A stretch of DNA of 63,060 bases, counting the filler, from Octopus bimaculoides (lineage: Eukaryota), in assembly GCF_001194135.2 (NCBI RefSeq). It is 5 parts of 3 records of this genome, joined end to end, with 100 filler letters (N's around TTAATTAATTAA, not from the genome) between each part and the next. Parts side by side here need not be neighbours in the genome. Positions count along the whole stretch, not along the records: positions 24,132 to 39,027 come from NC_068981.1; 4 more parts are not named here. The stretch is one strand, 5' to 3'. Shown here piece after piece: positions 25,920-36,700 of this stretch (the stretch's first letter is position 1; each line of letters opens with the position of its first letter). The notes beneath the pieces were generated by a model, which worked only from the letters and a program-made list of their open reading frames with translations, was not told where the DNA came from and ran no database searches. The translations under genes were made by a program, and so were the position numbers.

Positions 25920-26229
25920 NNNNNNNNNNNNNNNNNNNNNNNNNNNNNNNNNNNNNNNNNNNNNNNNNNNNNNNNNNNNNNNNNNNNNNNNNNNNNNNNN
26001 NNNNNNNNNNNNNNNNNNNNNNNNNNNNNNNNNNNNNNNNNNNTGTTTGTCCCCCACCATCGCTTGACAACCGATGCCGGTGTGTTTACCTCCCCGTAAT
26101 CTAGCGGTTCGGCAAAAAGAGACCGATAGAATAAGTACTAGGCTTACAAAGAATAAGTCCTGGGGTCGATTTTCTGGACTAAAGGCAGTGCTCCAGCATG
26201 GCCGCAGTCAGATGACTGAAACAAGTAAA
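25700..26229 (+). mobile_element. Young family A bipartite SINE (gap inside the internal microsatellite)
   Basis: Head, then (TA)(TG)n plus Ns, then second half ending gactgaaacaagtaaaa. Confidence 0.92.
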
Positions 26230-26235
26230 ACAGAC

Positions 26236-26460
26236 ATGTTTTCTTTTTTGTTCTCTTACCCTCTGCTTTCCGCACATTATCAAATCCCCTGCGAGTTAAC
26301 CTGAGACTCCTTGACGACAATGTAACCTTCATTTGGCTAAGGTATCTTTGACCTGATGAGTAACTTGTGGAATACTCCTCGTTGAGATTCCGAGATTCTG
26401 CTTACTAGGAAACATTACTGGCCTGAATTTTTCCTACTCCCTTCCCTAAATCTGGATATA
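26236..26460 (+). repeat. Penelope-type 3'/pLTR repeat fragment carrying a hammerhead-like core
   Basis: 26236-26340 is homologous to ~31714-31822. 26338-26440 is homologous to both arms of the 28463-29225 foldback. The Penelope assignment is inference. Confidence 0.55.
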
Positions 26461-26469
26461 TGTATTCGT

Positions 26470-26650
26470 TTACTCTTTTATTTGTTTCAGTGATTATGAT
26501 TTCGGCCATGCTGGAGCACCGCCTTTAGTCGAACAAATCGACCCCAGAACTTGTTCTTTGTAAGCCTAGTACTTATTCTATCGGTCACTTTTGCTGAACC
26601 GCTACGTTACATAAACATACCAACATATATACACACACACACACAAACAA

Positions 26651-26707
<57 letters not shown>

Positions 26708-27410
26708 NNNNNNNNNNNNNNNNNNNNNNNNNNNNNNNNNNNNNNNNNNNNNNNNNNNNNNNNNNNNNNNNNNNNNNNNNNNNNNNNNNNNNNNNNNNNN
26801 NNNNNNNNNNNNNNNNNNNNNNNNNNNNNNNNNNNNNNNNNNNNNNNNNNNNNNNNNNNNNNNNNNNNNNNNNNNNNNNNNNNNNNNNNNNNNNNNNNNN
26901 NNNNNNNNNNNNNNNNNNNNNNNNNNNNNNNNNNNNNNNNNNNNNNNNNNNNNNNNNNNNNNNNNNNNNNNNNNNNNNNNNNNNNNNNNNNNNNNNNNNN
27001 NNNNNNNNNNNNNNNNNNNNNNNNNNNNNNNNNNNNNNNNNNNNNNNNNNNNNNNNNNNNNNNNNNNNNNNNNNNNNNNNNNNNNNNNNNNNNNNNNNNN
27101 NNNNNNNNNNNNNNNNNNNNNNNNNNNNNNNNNNNNNNNNNNNNNNNNNNNNNNNNNNNNNNNNNNNNNNNNNNNNNNNNNNNNNNNNNNNNNNNNNNNN
27201 NNNNNNNNNNNNNNNNNNNNNNNNNNNNNNNNNNNNNNNNNNNNTCTACCAAATTCACTCATAAGGCTTTGGTCGGCCCGAGGTTATAGTAGAAGACATC
27301 TACCCAAGGTGCCACGCAGTGGGACTGAACCTGGAACCATGTAGTTGGTAAGCAAGCTACTTACCACACAGCCATCACTGCGCCTATACACACAGCCACG
27401 CCTGCGCCTA
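26470..27410 (-). mobile_element. Young family A bipartite SINE (gap inside); 5' ~22 bp duplicated
   Basis: Second half 26470-26630, (CA)n plus gap, head 27245-27410 ending cctgcgccta twice. Confidence 0.9.
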
Positions 27411-27848
27411 TATCTGCAGTGAAGAAGGTTGACTCAAAGATTTGGATTGGATAAGGTTGCATTAGAGATCTGCATTGGAGAAAGTTGATTCGAAGGTTTG
27501 CATTGGGGATCTGGANNNNNNNNNNCATTAGAGATCTGCATTGGAGAAAGTTGATTCGAAGGTTTGCATTGGGGATCTGGATTGGAGTAACTTAGGAAAA
27601 CTTACTAACAGCCTTAACAAAAAAATAAGGGGCCTGACCCTTCTAGCCTAACTCTATGAGCAACTTGGCCAAGCGCTGATATCAGCCGAGTGAGCATTGT
27701 TGTCGGAGAAGTCAGCATTGTCCAATAAAGAAGAGGAAGAGTCCATGAGTCATGTTGCCATGGCTTGAGAATATGTCCAGCCAATGCTTCCGGATCACCT
27801 GTTTATAACTACATAGGCTGCAACGATGACTTATTTTTCTTTCTACGT

Positions 27849-28235
27849 CTATAAAACTTCGCTATAGACAACATTGCGTGTTTTATTCTGTGAAGCATAC
27901 ACAAAAAGAGCGTTTCGATTCCCCACACGGGAGAAGGCCACATAAAATTGCCCATGTGAAGAACACGGCTTCCCCAAATGGATGCCTGCCACTGATAGTG
28001 TTTGGCCTTGGGATTTGTTGATGGACATGGCGAAGCATGTCCTCACCGGGAACTGCGATCTGCAGAAGTTAAACGGCATGTCTGACCCCGAGGGATAAAG
28101 GTGCATCTTTGAAATGAAAACATTTTCCTCCCTTCAGCACCCCGTAACAATGTTGGCCTCAATAAAGTGGGGCGTCAGGGACTTGACTGCCAAGCGGGTC
28201 CCGTTGCACTCTTTAGGCGGATAAAGCGTGTACTC
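27849..28235 (-). pseudogene. Helitron helicase C-terminal fragment (copy 2)
   Basis: LYPPKECNGTRLAVKSL...QFPVRTCFAMSINKSQGQTLSVAGIHLGKPCSSHGQFYVAFSRVG...TRNVVYSEVL*. Confidence 0.92.
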
Positions 28236-28462
28236 TTTATTCCATTTGAGTTTTATTTAATGATTGTGTAAAATTTTCTTAACAATAGGATATATTGTAA
28301 GCCTACGCACACACACACACACACACGCACACACACACTCACTCACACACACACACACACATATGCACACATATATATATATATATGTATATCTATATCT
28401 ATAAAAGGCACGATGTGTGTGTGTATACATACATATATATATATAAATGTGTGTGTGTGTAA

Positions 28463-29225
28463 AATTCAAATTGAGGTAGTAGAACGGGTAAAATCCAGAT
28501 TACATGTTTCTTTGCTAGTTGATCTTCTGATGTAATAATTACTCAACGAGGTGTCCTCAACTTATTAGCTAATCATCAGGTCGAGAATACCTTGATTACA
28601 TACAGGCTACATCGTCGCTTGGAATTCTGAAGTTAACTCACCGCCGTCGATGTGAGTTGAAATTAATGGTGAGGCCGGAAGATAAGAGTTTAAAAAAAAA
28701 TGTCTGAAGAAATAAAACGGTCAAGAAGTAAGAAAAGGAAAGGATGAGGTTAAATATGTGGGAGTGGAAATTGTATAAGGTTGTTAGGAGTGAAGAAAAG
28801 AAGAAGGGTGAGAAAGAGTGGGCGATAAGAGTAGATAGTTGCTATCATTGTAAATATTTCATTTATTAAATATTTACAAAAGCCATTCTTTACCCTTAAC
28901 GACAGCAACTATCTACTCTTACCTCACCCTCTTTCTTCCTTCTTTTCTTTTCTTCACTCCTAACAACCTTATATAATTTCCACTCACACATATTTGACCT
29001 TTTCTTACTTCTTGACCGTTTTATTTCTTCAAACATTTGTCTTTTAATTGTTTTCCGGCTTCATTATTAATTTCTACTCACGTCTGCGGTGAGAATTTCC
29101 AAGCGACAGAGTACCCTGCATATAATTAATTATTCCTCGTTGAGTAATTATTACACTAGAGAATCAGGTAGCTAAGAAACATATGTGACCTGGGTTTTAT
29201 CCGTTCCACTCCCTCAACTTGAATT
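28463..29225. repeat. ~760-bp imperfect foldback (inverted pair of Penelope-type repeats)
   Basis: The arms align along their length, e.g. aagagtagatagttgct (28827-28843) pairs perfectly with 28904-28920, and gtaataattactcaacgagg pairs with cctcgttgagtaattattac. Confidence 0.85.
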
Positions 29226-29475
29226 CTTATTCAAATTCATACCAACACTAGTTGCTAACCGCGAGCTGTATCTTTCAGCTTATCGAATTTCCTTGTAAGT
29301 TCGATATGGGAAAAATGTGTAAGGCCAATAAATTGTTATTGTTCCTGGTCGTACACTGTCCATTTTTGTTTTCTATATCTCCTATGGACTGTTTGAAGAT
29401 TGCAAACTTTCCACACTTGAATCCCTGGATCGTTCCCTTATATATCAATATATCTTCTTTTATCTTCTTTTGCTT

Positions 29476-29656
29476 GTTAGACTGCGACAATGCTGGAGCA
29501 CCGCCTTGAAGGGTGATAGTCGAATAAATCGACTCCTAGACTCTTTTTAAACCTAGTACTTATTCTATCGCACTCTTTTGCTGAACCCCTAAGTTACGAC
29601 GACGCAAATACACCCCCAACGGTTGTTAAACGGTAGGAGGGGGACAAATACAGACA

Positions 29657-29688
<32 letters not shown>

Positions 29689-31347
29689 NNNNNNNNNNNN
29701 NNNNNNNNNNNNNNNNNNNNNNNNNNNNNNNNNNNNNNNNNNNNNNNNNNNNNNNNNNNNNNNNNNNNNNNNNNNNNNNNNNNNNNNNNNNNNNNNNNNN
29801 NNNNNNNNNNNNNNNNNNNNNNNNNNNNNNNNNNNNNNNNNNNNNNNNNNNNNNNNNNNNNNNNNNNNNNNNNNNNNNNNNNNNNNNNNNNNNNNNNNNN
29901 NNNNNNNNNNNNNNNNNNNNNNNNNNNNNNNNNNNNNNNNNNNNNNNNNNNNNNNNNNNNNNNNNNNNNNNNNNNNNNNNNNNNNNNNNNNNNNNNNNNN
30001 NNNNNNNNNNNNNNNNNNNNNNNNNNNNNNNNNNNNNNNNNNNNNNNNNNNNNNNNNNNNNNNNNNNNNNNNNNNNNNNNNNNNNNNNNNNNNNNNNNNN
30101 NNNNNNNNNNNNNNNNNNNNNNNNNNNNNNNNNNNNNNNNNNNNNNNNNNNNNNNNNNNNNNNNNNNNNNNNNNNNNNNNNNNNNNNNNNNNNNNNNNNN
30201 NNNNNNNNNNNNNNNNNNNNNNNNNNNNNNNNNNNNNNNNNNNNNNNNNNNNNNNNNNNNNNNNNNNNNNNNNNNNNNNNNNNNNNNNNNNNNNNNNNNN
30301 NNNNNNNNNNNNNNNNNNNNNNNNNNNNNNNNNNNNNNNNNNNNNNNNNNNNNNNNNNNNNNNNNNNNNNNNNNNNNNNNNNNNNNNNNNNNNNNNNNNN
30401 NNNNNNNNNNNNNNNNNNNNNNNNNNNGATGAAAAATTTAATCCAGCTTCCCATGTATCTGAGATAGACCGGCCGGCCCATGACAAATCTGACAAAAGGG
30501 GGGATCCGCAGAACTACCAGCTCATGAACTGCATCTGAAAGTTGGCGCGCCAATCATGCTGCTAAGGAATTTAGATGCTCCAATAATGTGCAATGGTACG
30601 CGGATGATTATCAAAAAATTGTGCTCCCGAGTTCTTTTGGCAACAATCTTGAATGAACCGGCCGCTGGCTAAGACATACTTATAACTCCCATGTCGTCCC
30701 TTACCTACTCCGATACGACCTACAAGTTTAAACAGATGCAGTTTCCCATCAAACTCTGCTTTCCCATGACAATCAACAAGGTGCAGGGACAATCAGTGCA
30801 AGTGGTTGGTTTGAATCTGACAGAGCAAGTATTCTCACACGCACAACTGTACGTTTGCTGTCCTCATAGTCTTTCTATTTGTGCACCCGAGGGAAGGACG
30901 AAGAATGTTGTCTACCAAGAGGCACTCCACTGATAACAACGGCAACTTCAACTGCTTTAATTTCAACTCCGCAATTTTTTCATCGTCCTGCCAGCCTACG
31001 TAAGTCCAGTCTTGCTTTGCTCTCCTTAATAACTCACCATGACATTCTTTTTTTTCTACCAAGATCCGTCGCCCAAACACCACTTCGTATCCACTTCTTC
31101 CTCTTTTTTATGTCTTCGTTTCTCTCTTCGCGTCGTTCTCTGACCGGGTGAAACCGGGCTTAGCTGCTAGTATATATATATACAACGGGCTTTTTTTCAG
31201 TTTCTGTCAACTAAATCCACTCCCAAGGTTTTGGTCGACCCGAGGCTATGGTAGAAGACACTTGCCCAAGGTACCACTCAGTGGGACTAAACCTTGAACC
31301 ATGTGATTGGGAAGCAAGCTTCTTACTACACACCCACGCCTGCGCCT
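29476..31347 (-). mobile_element. Family A SINE split by a gap and a Helitron insertion in its internal microsatellite
   Basis: Second half 29476-29688 and head 31185-31347 have the same orientation and flank the Helitron fragment. Confidence 0.7.
30428..31170 (+). mobile_element. Helitron 3' end (copy 3): helicase relic plus intact terminus
   Basis: LPAHELHLKVGAPIMLLRNLDAPIMCNGTR...QFPIKLCFPMTINKVQGQS...FSHAQLYV...TKNVVYQEAL*. Subterminal palindrome ccgggtgaaaccggg (31144-31158), then CTAG (31167-31170) followed by T. Confidence 0.9.
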
Positions 31348-32256
31348 TTTTATCCAGAACTTATATACTCGTAGGTGTAACATCTAATTCCTTTACATTC
31401 CTTTAGATAGTGTCAAATTATAACTTACTATCACTCCTATACCTTCTCTTTCGCTCTTTCTCCTGAAATTCTTCCCCTTTATTTTTCTTTGACTCTGTTT
31501 AAATGTATTTACAGAGTGCCACAGTATATTTGCTTATTTATTCTACAGTAAACATAGTAAATGATCCTAGACTAAATTCACAAAGACATTCCTCTACTCA
31601 GCTTCAGTAATACCAAATTTTTTTCTTCCCTACTCTTCACCCTCTCTTTTTCTTTATTCGTATTCTTTAACAAATTTAGACATTTACCTACTCCCATATA
31701 TTATTTTTTCACACATGTTTTCCCTTTTGTTTTCTCACTCTGTGCTTTCCACGCATTTTCAATCAAATCTCCTGCAAGTTAACATGGGATCTCTTGACAT
31801 CAATGTAACTTTCATTTGACTAACCCTAAATTTGGATTTTTATTCACATACGCAGCAAATCCAGTTGCTAACCGTGAACTATAAAATAATTTTTTCCAGT
31901 TTATCGATCTTCGATATGAGAAAAATGTACAACTTACTACGTCAATAAACCATTATTGTTCCTGAAAGTTGTTTTTTATACCTTCTACGGACTTACTATG
32001 TATGTACGTATGTGTACATATATATATAAAATATATATGTATATATATATANNNNNNNNNNNNNNNNNNNNNNNNNNNNNNNNNNNNNNNNNNNNNNNNN
32101 NNNNNNNNNNNNNNNNNNNNNNNNNNNNNNNNNNNNNNNNNNNNNNNNNNNNNNNNNNNNNNNNNNNNNNNNNNNNNNNNNNNNNNNNNNNNNNNNNNNN
32201 NNNNNNNNNNNNNNNNNNNNNNNNNNNNNNNNNNNNNNNNNNNNNNNNNNNNNNNN

Positions 32257-32415
32257 CAAATCGACCCCAGGACTTATTCTTTGGAAGCCTAGTACTTATT
32301 CTATCGGTCTCTTTTGCCGAACCGCTAAGTTACGGGGACGTAAACACACCAGCATCGGTTGTCAAGCGATGTTGGGGGGATAAACACAGACACACAAACA
32401 TATACACACACATAC

Positions 32416-32447
<32 letters not shown>

Positions 32448-32593
32448 ACGACGGGCTTCTTTCAGTTTCCGTCTACCAAATCCACTCACAAGGCTTTGGT
32501 CGGCCCGAGGCTATAGTAGAAGACACTTGCCCAAGGTGCCACGCAGTGGGACTGAACCCAGAACCATGTGGTTGGTAAGCAAGCTACTTACCA
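32257..32593 (-). mobile_element. Young family A SINE with resolved internal microsatellite
   Basis: Continuous second half, (CA)(TA) tract and head. This shows both halves form one element. Confidence 0.92.
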
Positions 32594-33045
32594 TATATAT
32601 ATATATATATATACACACACATATATTCGTATGTTAGAAAAATATGTAAGTCTATTGCATTTAGGAGGGTATGTCCGCATTTATGCGTTTGTGTATGTTT
32701 CTCGGTGTATTTAAATATGTATGTATAACTTGAAAATTTGTTGCTGGAAAGTTTACATGATTGTGTTTCTATGTACTTTCATGTAATAGATGGTTATGTC
32801 TAAATGCATTTAAGTCAGTTTTTTTCAAACCCCTGCAACCATAACAATATGTCACCCCTTCCGACCAATGCAAGTCTTATTCAATTATTCAATTTACTTT
32901 TTCACTATGTCCTCCAGTCACCAATAATTACAACAATTTAACTATTATACCATTGTGAATGTGTATATGTATGATCATGAGTGTGTGTTTGTAAGCGCGT
33001 CTGTTTACGTGTGTATCTCTACATGCACGTATATCTGTATATATG

Positions 33046-33096
<51 letters not shown>

Positions 33097-33341
33097 AGAA
33101 GATATGCGTTGTCTGTGAATATGTGAGTGAGTATATATGGGCAATTATGTATTATATGTGTGTGTTTATATGTCTGTGTGTACGCATGTGTATGTATGTG
33201 TGTGCATATATATATATATGCATATGTGTGTGTATTTGTGCGTGTGTGTGCATACGTAGTATATACATACGCCGATAGTACTCCAGCATGACCGCAGCCA
33301 CATGCCTAAACCATATAAAAGAATAAGAGTAAAATAGACAG

Positions 33342-33348
33342 ACAGACA

Positions 33349-33384
<36 letters not shown>

Positions 33385-33425
33385 TACACACACACACACA
33401 TAGACAGACAGACAGACAGACAGAC

Positions 33426-33480
<55 letters not shown>
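33342..33480. repeat. Compound (CA)/(GACA)/(GATA) microsatellite
   Basis: Direct reading. Confidence 0.9.
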
Positions 33481-33481
33481 A

Positions 33482-34947
33482 TGCGAAGGGTATTTGAGGA
33501 CATTTAATTATCAGTTACGAGGTGGCAGCGCCATGTAATAACCTTGTATTTAATAACCAGCATATTAGTCTCTAAAACCAACAAGAAGGTTTTTATTTCT
33601 TTCAGATCCTTCATGACAGATAAAATGCTAACACTATAAATGAAAGGACTTGTAGTCATTGCTGCTATATGTGCATAACACGGTGATTTAAATATTGACA
33701 ACTTTCTAAATGTTGCGAAATCTATTGTACTCAAAGTTCGGGTAGAATTAGAAAAGACTGGCTGAAATATTTTAACAGTGTCAAAGAGGACAAATGAATG
33801 GGTGTCACAAATAGATAAACGATGAAAATAACTAAACATTGTGAAAAGGTAGACGCTCATCTATTATGACTATATTCAAAGAAGAGGTCTGGGTAAGCAT
33901 TATCATGGAAAGAAGAGTAGATCCAGAGGTAGGAAAAGCAATGGATGGGACAATATTAAAAGCTGATTAGACAAAAGTGGCAAGCCAGCTGGAGGATTCA
34001 CGTTTAATCGGAAAGACTCTCATTGTTGTGTCATCAAACACTATAAGGTCACCAACGGTTTGGAAACATTATCTAAGATCATCCAGGAAAATCAATGAAG
34101 CTCATCGCCACAGAATTGTAGGTGTCATGGAGGACTATCAAATTTGTTGCACGAAGACGTTCGGTACAAATCGTATGTTTGAGGAAAGCACAATTCATGT
34201 CTGCAAAAGACACAAGAAAGCCGTTTAATCCGTGTCAAGCACTTACTTGAAGAAGGTTAAAAACCCTCACGAACATGATATGCTTTGGTTCTTCTCTGAT
34301 AAAATCTTCCACTAATACAAAATGTCTAACTGGGGAAATGACAGGTGGCTATGTGCAGATTCTTCTGATGACCCCAGAGTGATGCACACAAAGTTTCTAG
34401 CAACTATGATGGCTTAAGGAGTGGTGAGTAAGGAAGGTAATGTCATACTGCCTTACATCTTGCCACAGAGTTTTATAGCGAATGCAACAGGATACGCTGA
34501 AGTGCGGAAGATACATGTTAAACCCTGGTGAGATGAAGTACGCAGTAGAAAGCCATATGCGTTTCAACAAAACTCACAAAGCCCACATAATCCAAGAATG
34601 GATGTCAGACAATCTTCACGATCATGTAACACCAAACTTATGACCTCAAAATTTGCCAGACTTAAATCCCGTGGACTACTAGGTTTGTAGAGTTGTTGAA
34701 AAGGAGACTAATCGACATTCTCAAAATGCTATAGCTTCATTGAAGGTCAGCGTTGTCCAGATGATGTCCGAAGTGAATAAGGACCACTTAGTTCAATCAT
34801 CGAAGCTGAAAGTGGATTCATAGAATTTTCTTATAAGAACATGTGCACAAATTTATATTAAAATGCATTTGATTTTTTTTTTTTTTTTGGTAAATCAGTT
34901 GTTTTATTAATTTACCAAATATGTCCTCAAATACATCTCGCTCCCCG
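33482..34947 (+). mobile_element. Near full-length decayed Tc1/mariner, maT/DD37D type
   Basis: TIR core gtatttgaggacat (33490-33503) is inverted at 34921-34934, with TA after 34947. ORF relic from ATG 33613: WFFSD, VMHTKF, QEWMSDNLHDHVTPNL..DLNPVDY, IIEAESGFIE. By alignment to the family pattern the spacing from QQD to the NPVD aspartate is 37. Confidence 0.85.
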
Positions 34948-35276
34948 TATACACGGCCGTGCTGGAGTATCACCTTCAAGAATTTTGGTCAAGCGAATCT
35001 ACCCGAGTACTTTTTTTTTTAATCTGGTACTTAGTCTAACGTTCCCTATTTACTGAACCACAAAGTTACGTGGAAATAAACACACCAACGCCAGTTGTCA
35101 AGCGATGGATGTAGAGAAATGAATTGATGTGTGTGTGTGTGGGTATGTGTGTGTGTGTACAGGTTTGGTGATGCAATTAGGAAAAATATAACTCAAAACA
35201 TGACTATGTATGTAGGTATGTATGTATGTATGTGTCTATGTATATATGTATGTGTATGTATGTATGTATGTATGTA

Positions 35277-35460
35277 CGACAGGCTTCTTTCAGTTTTGAC
35301 AACCGATGGTGGTGTGTTTACGTCCTCGTAACTTAGCGGTACGGTAAAGAGGCCGATAGAATAAGTACTAGGCTTACAATGAATAAGTTCTGTGGTCGAT
35401 TTGCTTGACTAAAGGCGGTGCTCCAGCATGGCCGCAGTCAAATGACTGAAACAAGTAAAA
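35277..35460 (+). mobile_element. Family A SINE second half preceded by ~20 nt of inverted head
   Basis: tacgacaggcttctttcagt (minus-strand head) is joined to ttgacaaccgatggtggtgtg...gaaacaagtaaaag. Confidence 0.8.
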
Positions 35461-35479
35461 GTGTAAATACACACACACC

Positions 35480-35610
35480 CTCTCGTTCTTCCTTCTGTTA
35501 CTACTATATCTCCCTCTTTCCCTCTCTCGTCCTTCCTTCTGTTACTACTATATCTCTCTCTTTCGCCCTCCCGTTCTTCCTTCTGTTACTACTATATCTC
35601 TCTTCCTCTC
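35480..35610. repeat. ~45-bp tandem repeat x3 (ttccttctgttactactatatctc core)
   Basis: The core is seen three times. Confidence 0.8.
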
Positions 35611-36700
35611 TTTCTCTCGTTGCTCACCTATTTTCTACTTCCGCCCATTTCTCTCCCTCTACTACTCTTTCTCCTTACTCCTCGCTGTACCCAGATATGC
35701 ACCTATATATACAGGTAGATGTAGGTATGCACATACTTGTACGTATATATGCATATACTCATTTATTATTTGTTTTATATATATATANNNNNNNNNNNNN
35801 NNNNNNNNNNNNNNNNNNNNNNNNNNNNNNNNNNNNNNNNNNNNNNNNNNNNNNNNNNNNNNNNNNNNNNNNNNNNNNNNNNNNNNNNNNNNNNNNNNNN
35901 NNNNNNNNNNNNNNNNNNNNNNNNNNNNNNNNNNNNNNNNNNNNNNNNNNNNNNNNNNNNNNNNNNNNNNNNNNNNNNNNNNNNNNNNNNNNNNNNNNNN
36001 NNNNNNNNNNNNNNNNNNNNNNNNNNNNNNNNNNNNNNNNNNNNNNNNNNNNNNNNNNNNNNNNNNNNNNNNNNNNNNNNNNNNNNNNNNNNNNNNNNNN
36101 NNNNNNNNNNNNNNNNNNNNNNNNNNNNNNNNNNNNNNNNNNNNNNNNNNNNNNNNNNNNNNNNNNNNNNNNNNNNNNNNNNNNNNNNNNNNNNNNNNNN
36201 NNNNNNNNNNNNNNNNNNNNNNNNNNNNNNNNNNNNNNNNNNNNNNNNNNNNNNNNNNNNNNNNNNNNNNNNNNNNNNNNNNNNNNNNNNNNNNNNNNNN
36301 NNNNNNNNNNNNNNNNNNNNNNNNNNNNNNNNNNNNNNNNNNNNNNNNNNNNNNNNNNNNNNNNNNNNNNNNNNNNNNNNNNNNNNNNNNNNNNNNNNNN
36401 NNNNNNNNNNNNNNNNNNNNNNNNNNNNNNNNNNNNNNNNNNNNNNNNNNNNNNNNNNNNNNNNNNNNNNNNNNNNNNNNNNNNNNNNNNNNNNNNNNNN
36501 NNNNNNNNNNNNNNNNNNNNNNNNNNNNNNNNNNNNNNNNNNNNNNNNNNNNNNNNNNNNNNNNNNNNNNNNNNNNNNNNNNNNNNNNNNNNNNNNNNNN
36601 NNNNNNNNNNNNNNNNNNNNNNNNNNNNNNNNNNNNNNNNNNNNNNTATATATATATCGTCGGCTCCAGCTCGTATCCGAGCATTGGGTTTATATATGTG

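Noticed and set aside
27461-27580. ~55-bp direct duplication
   Set aside because: Identical copies flank a 10-N gap, typical of an unmerged contig overlap.
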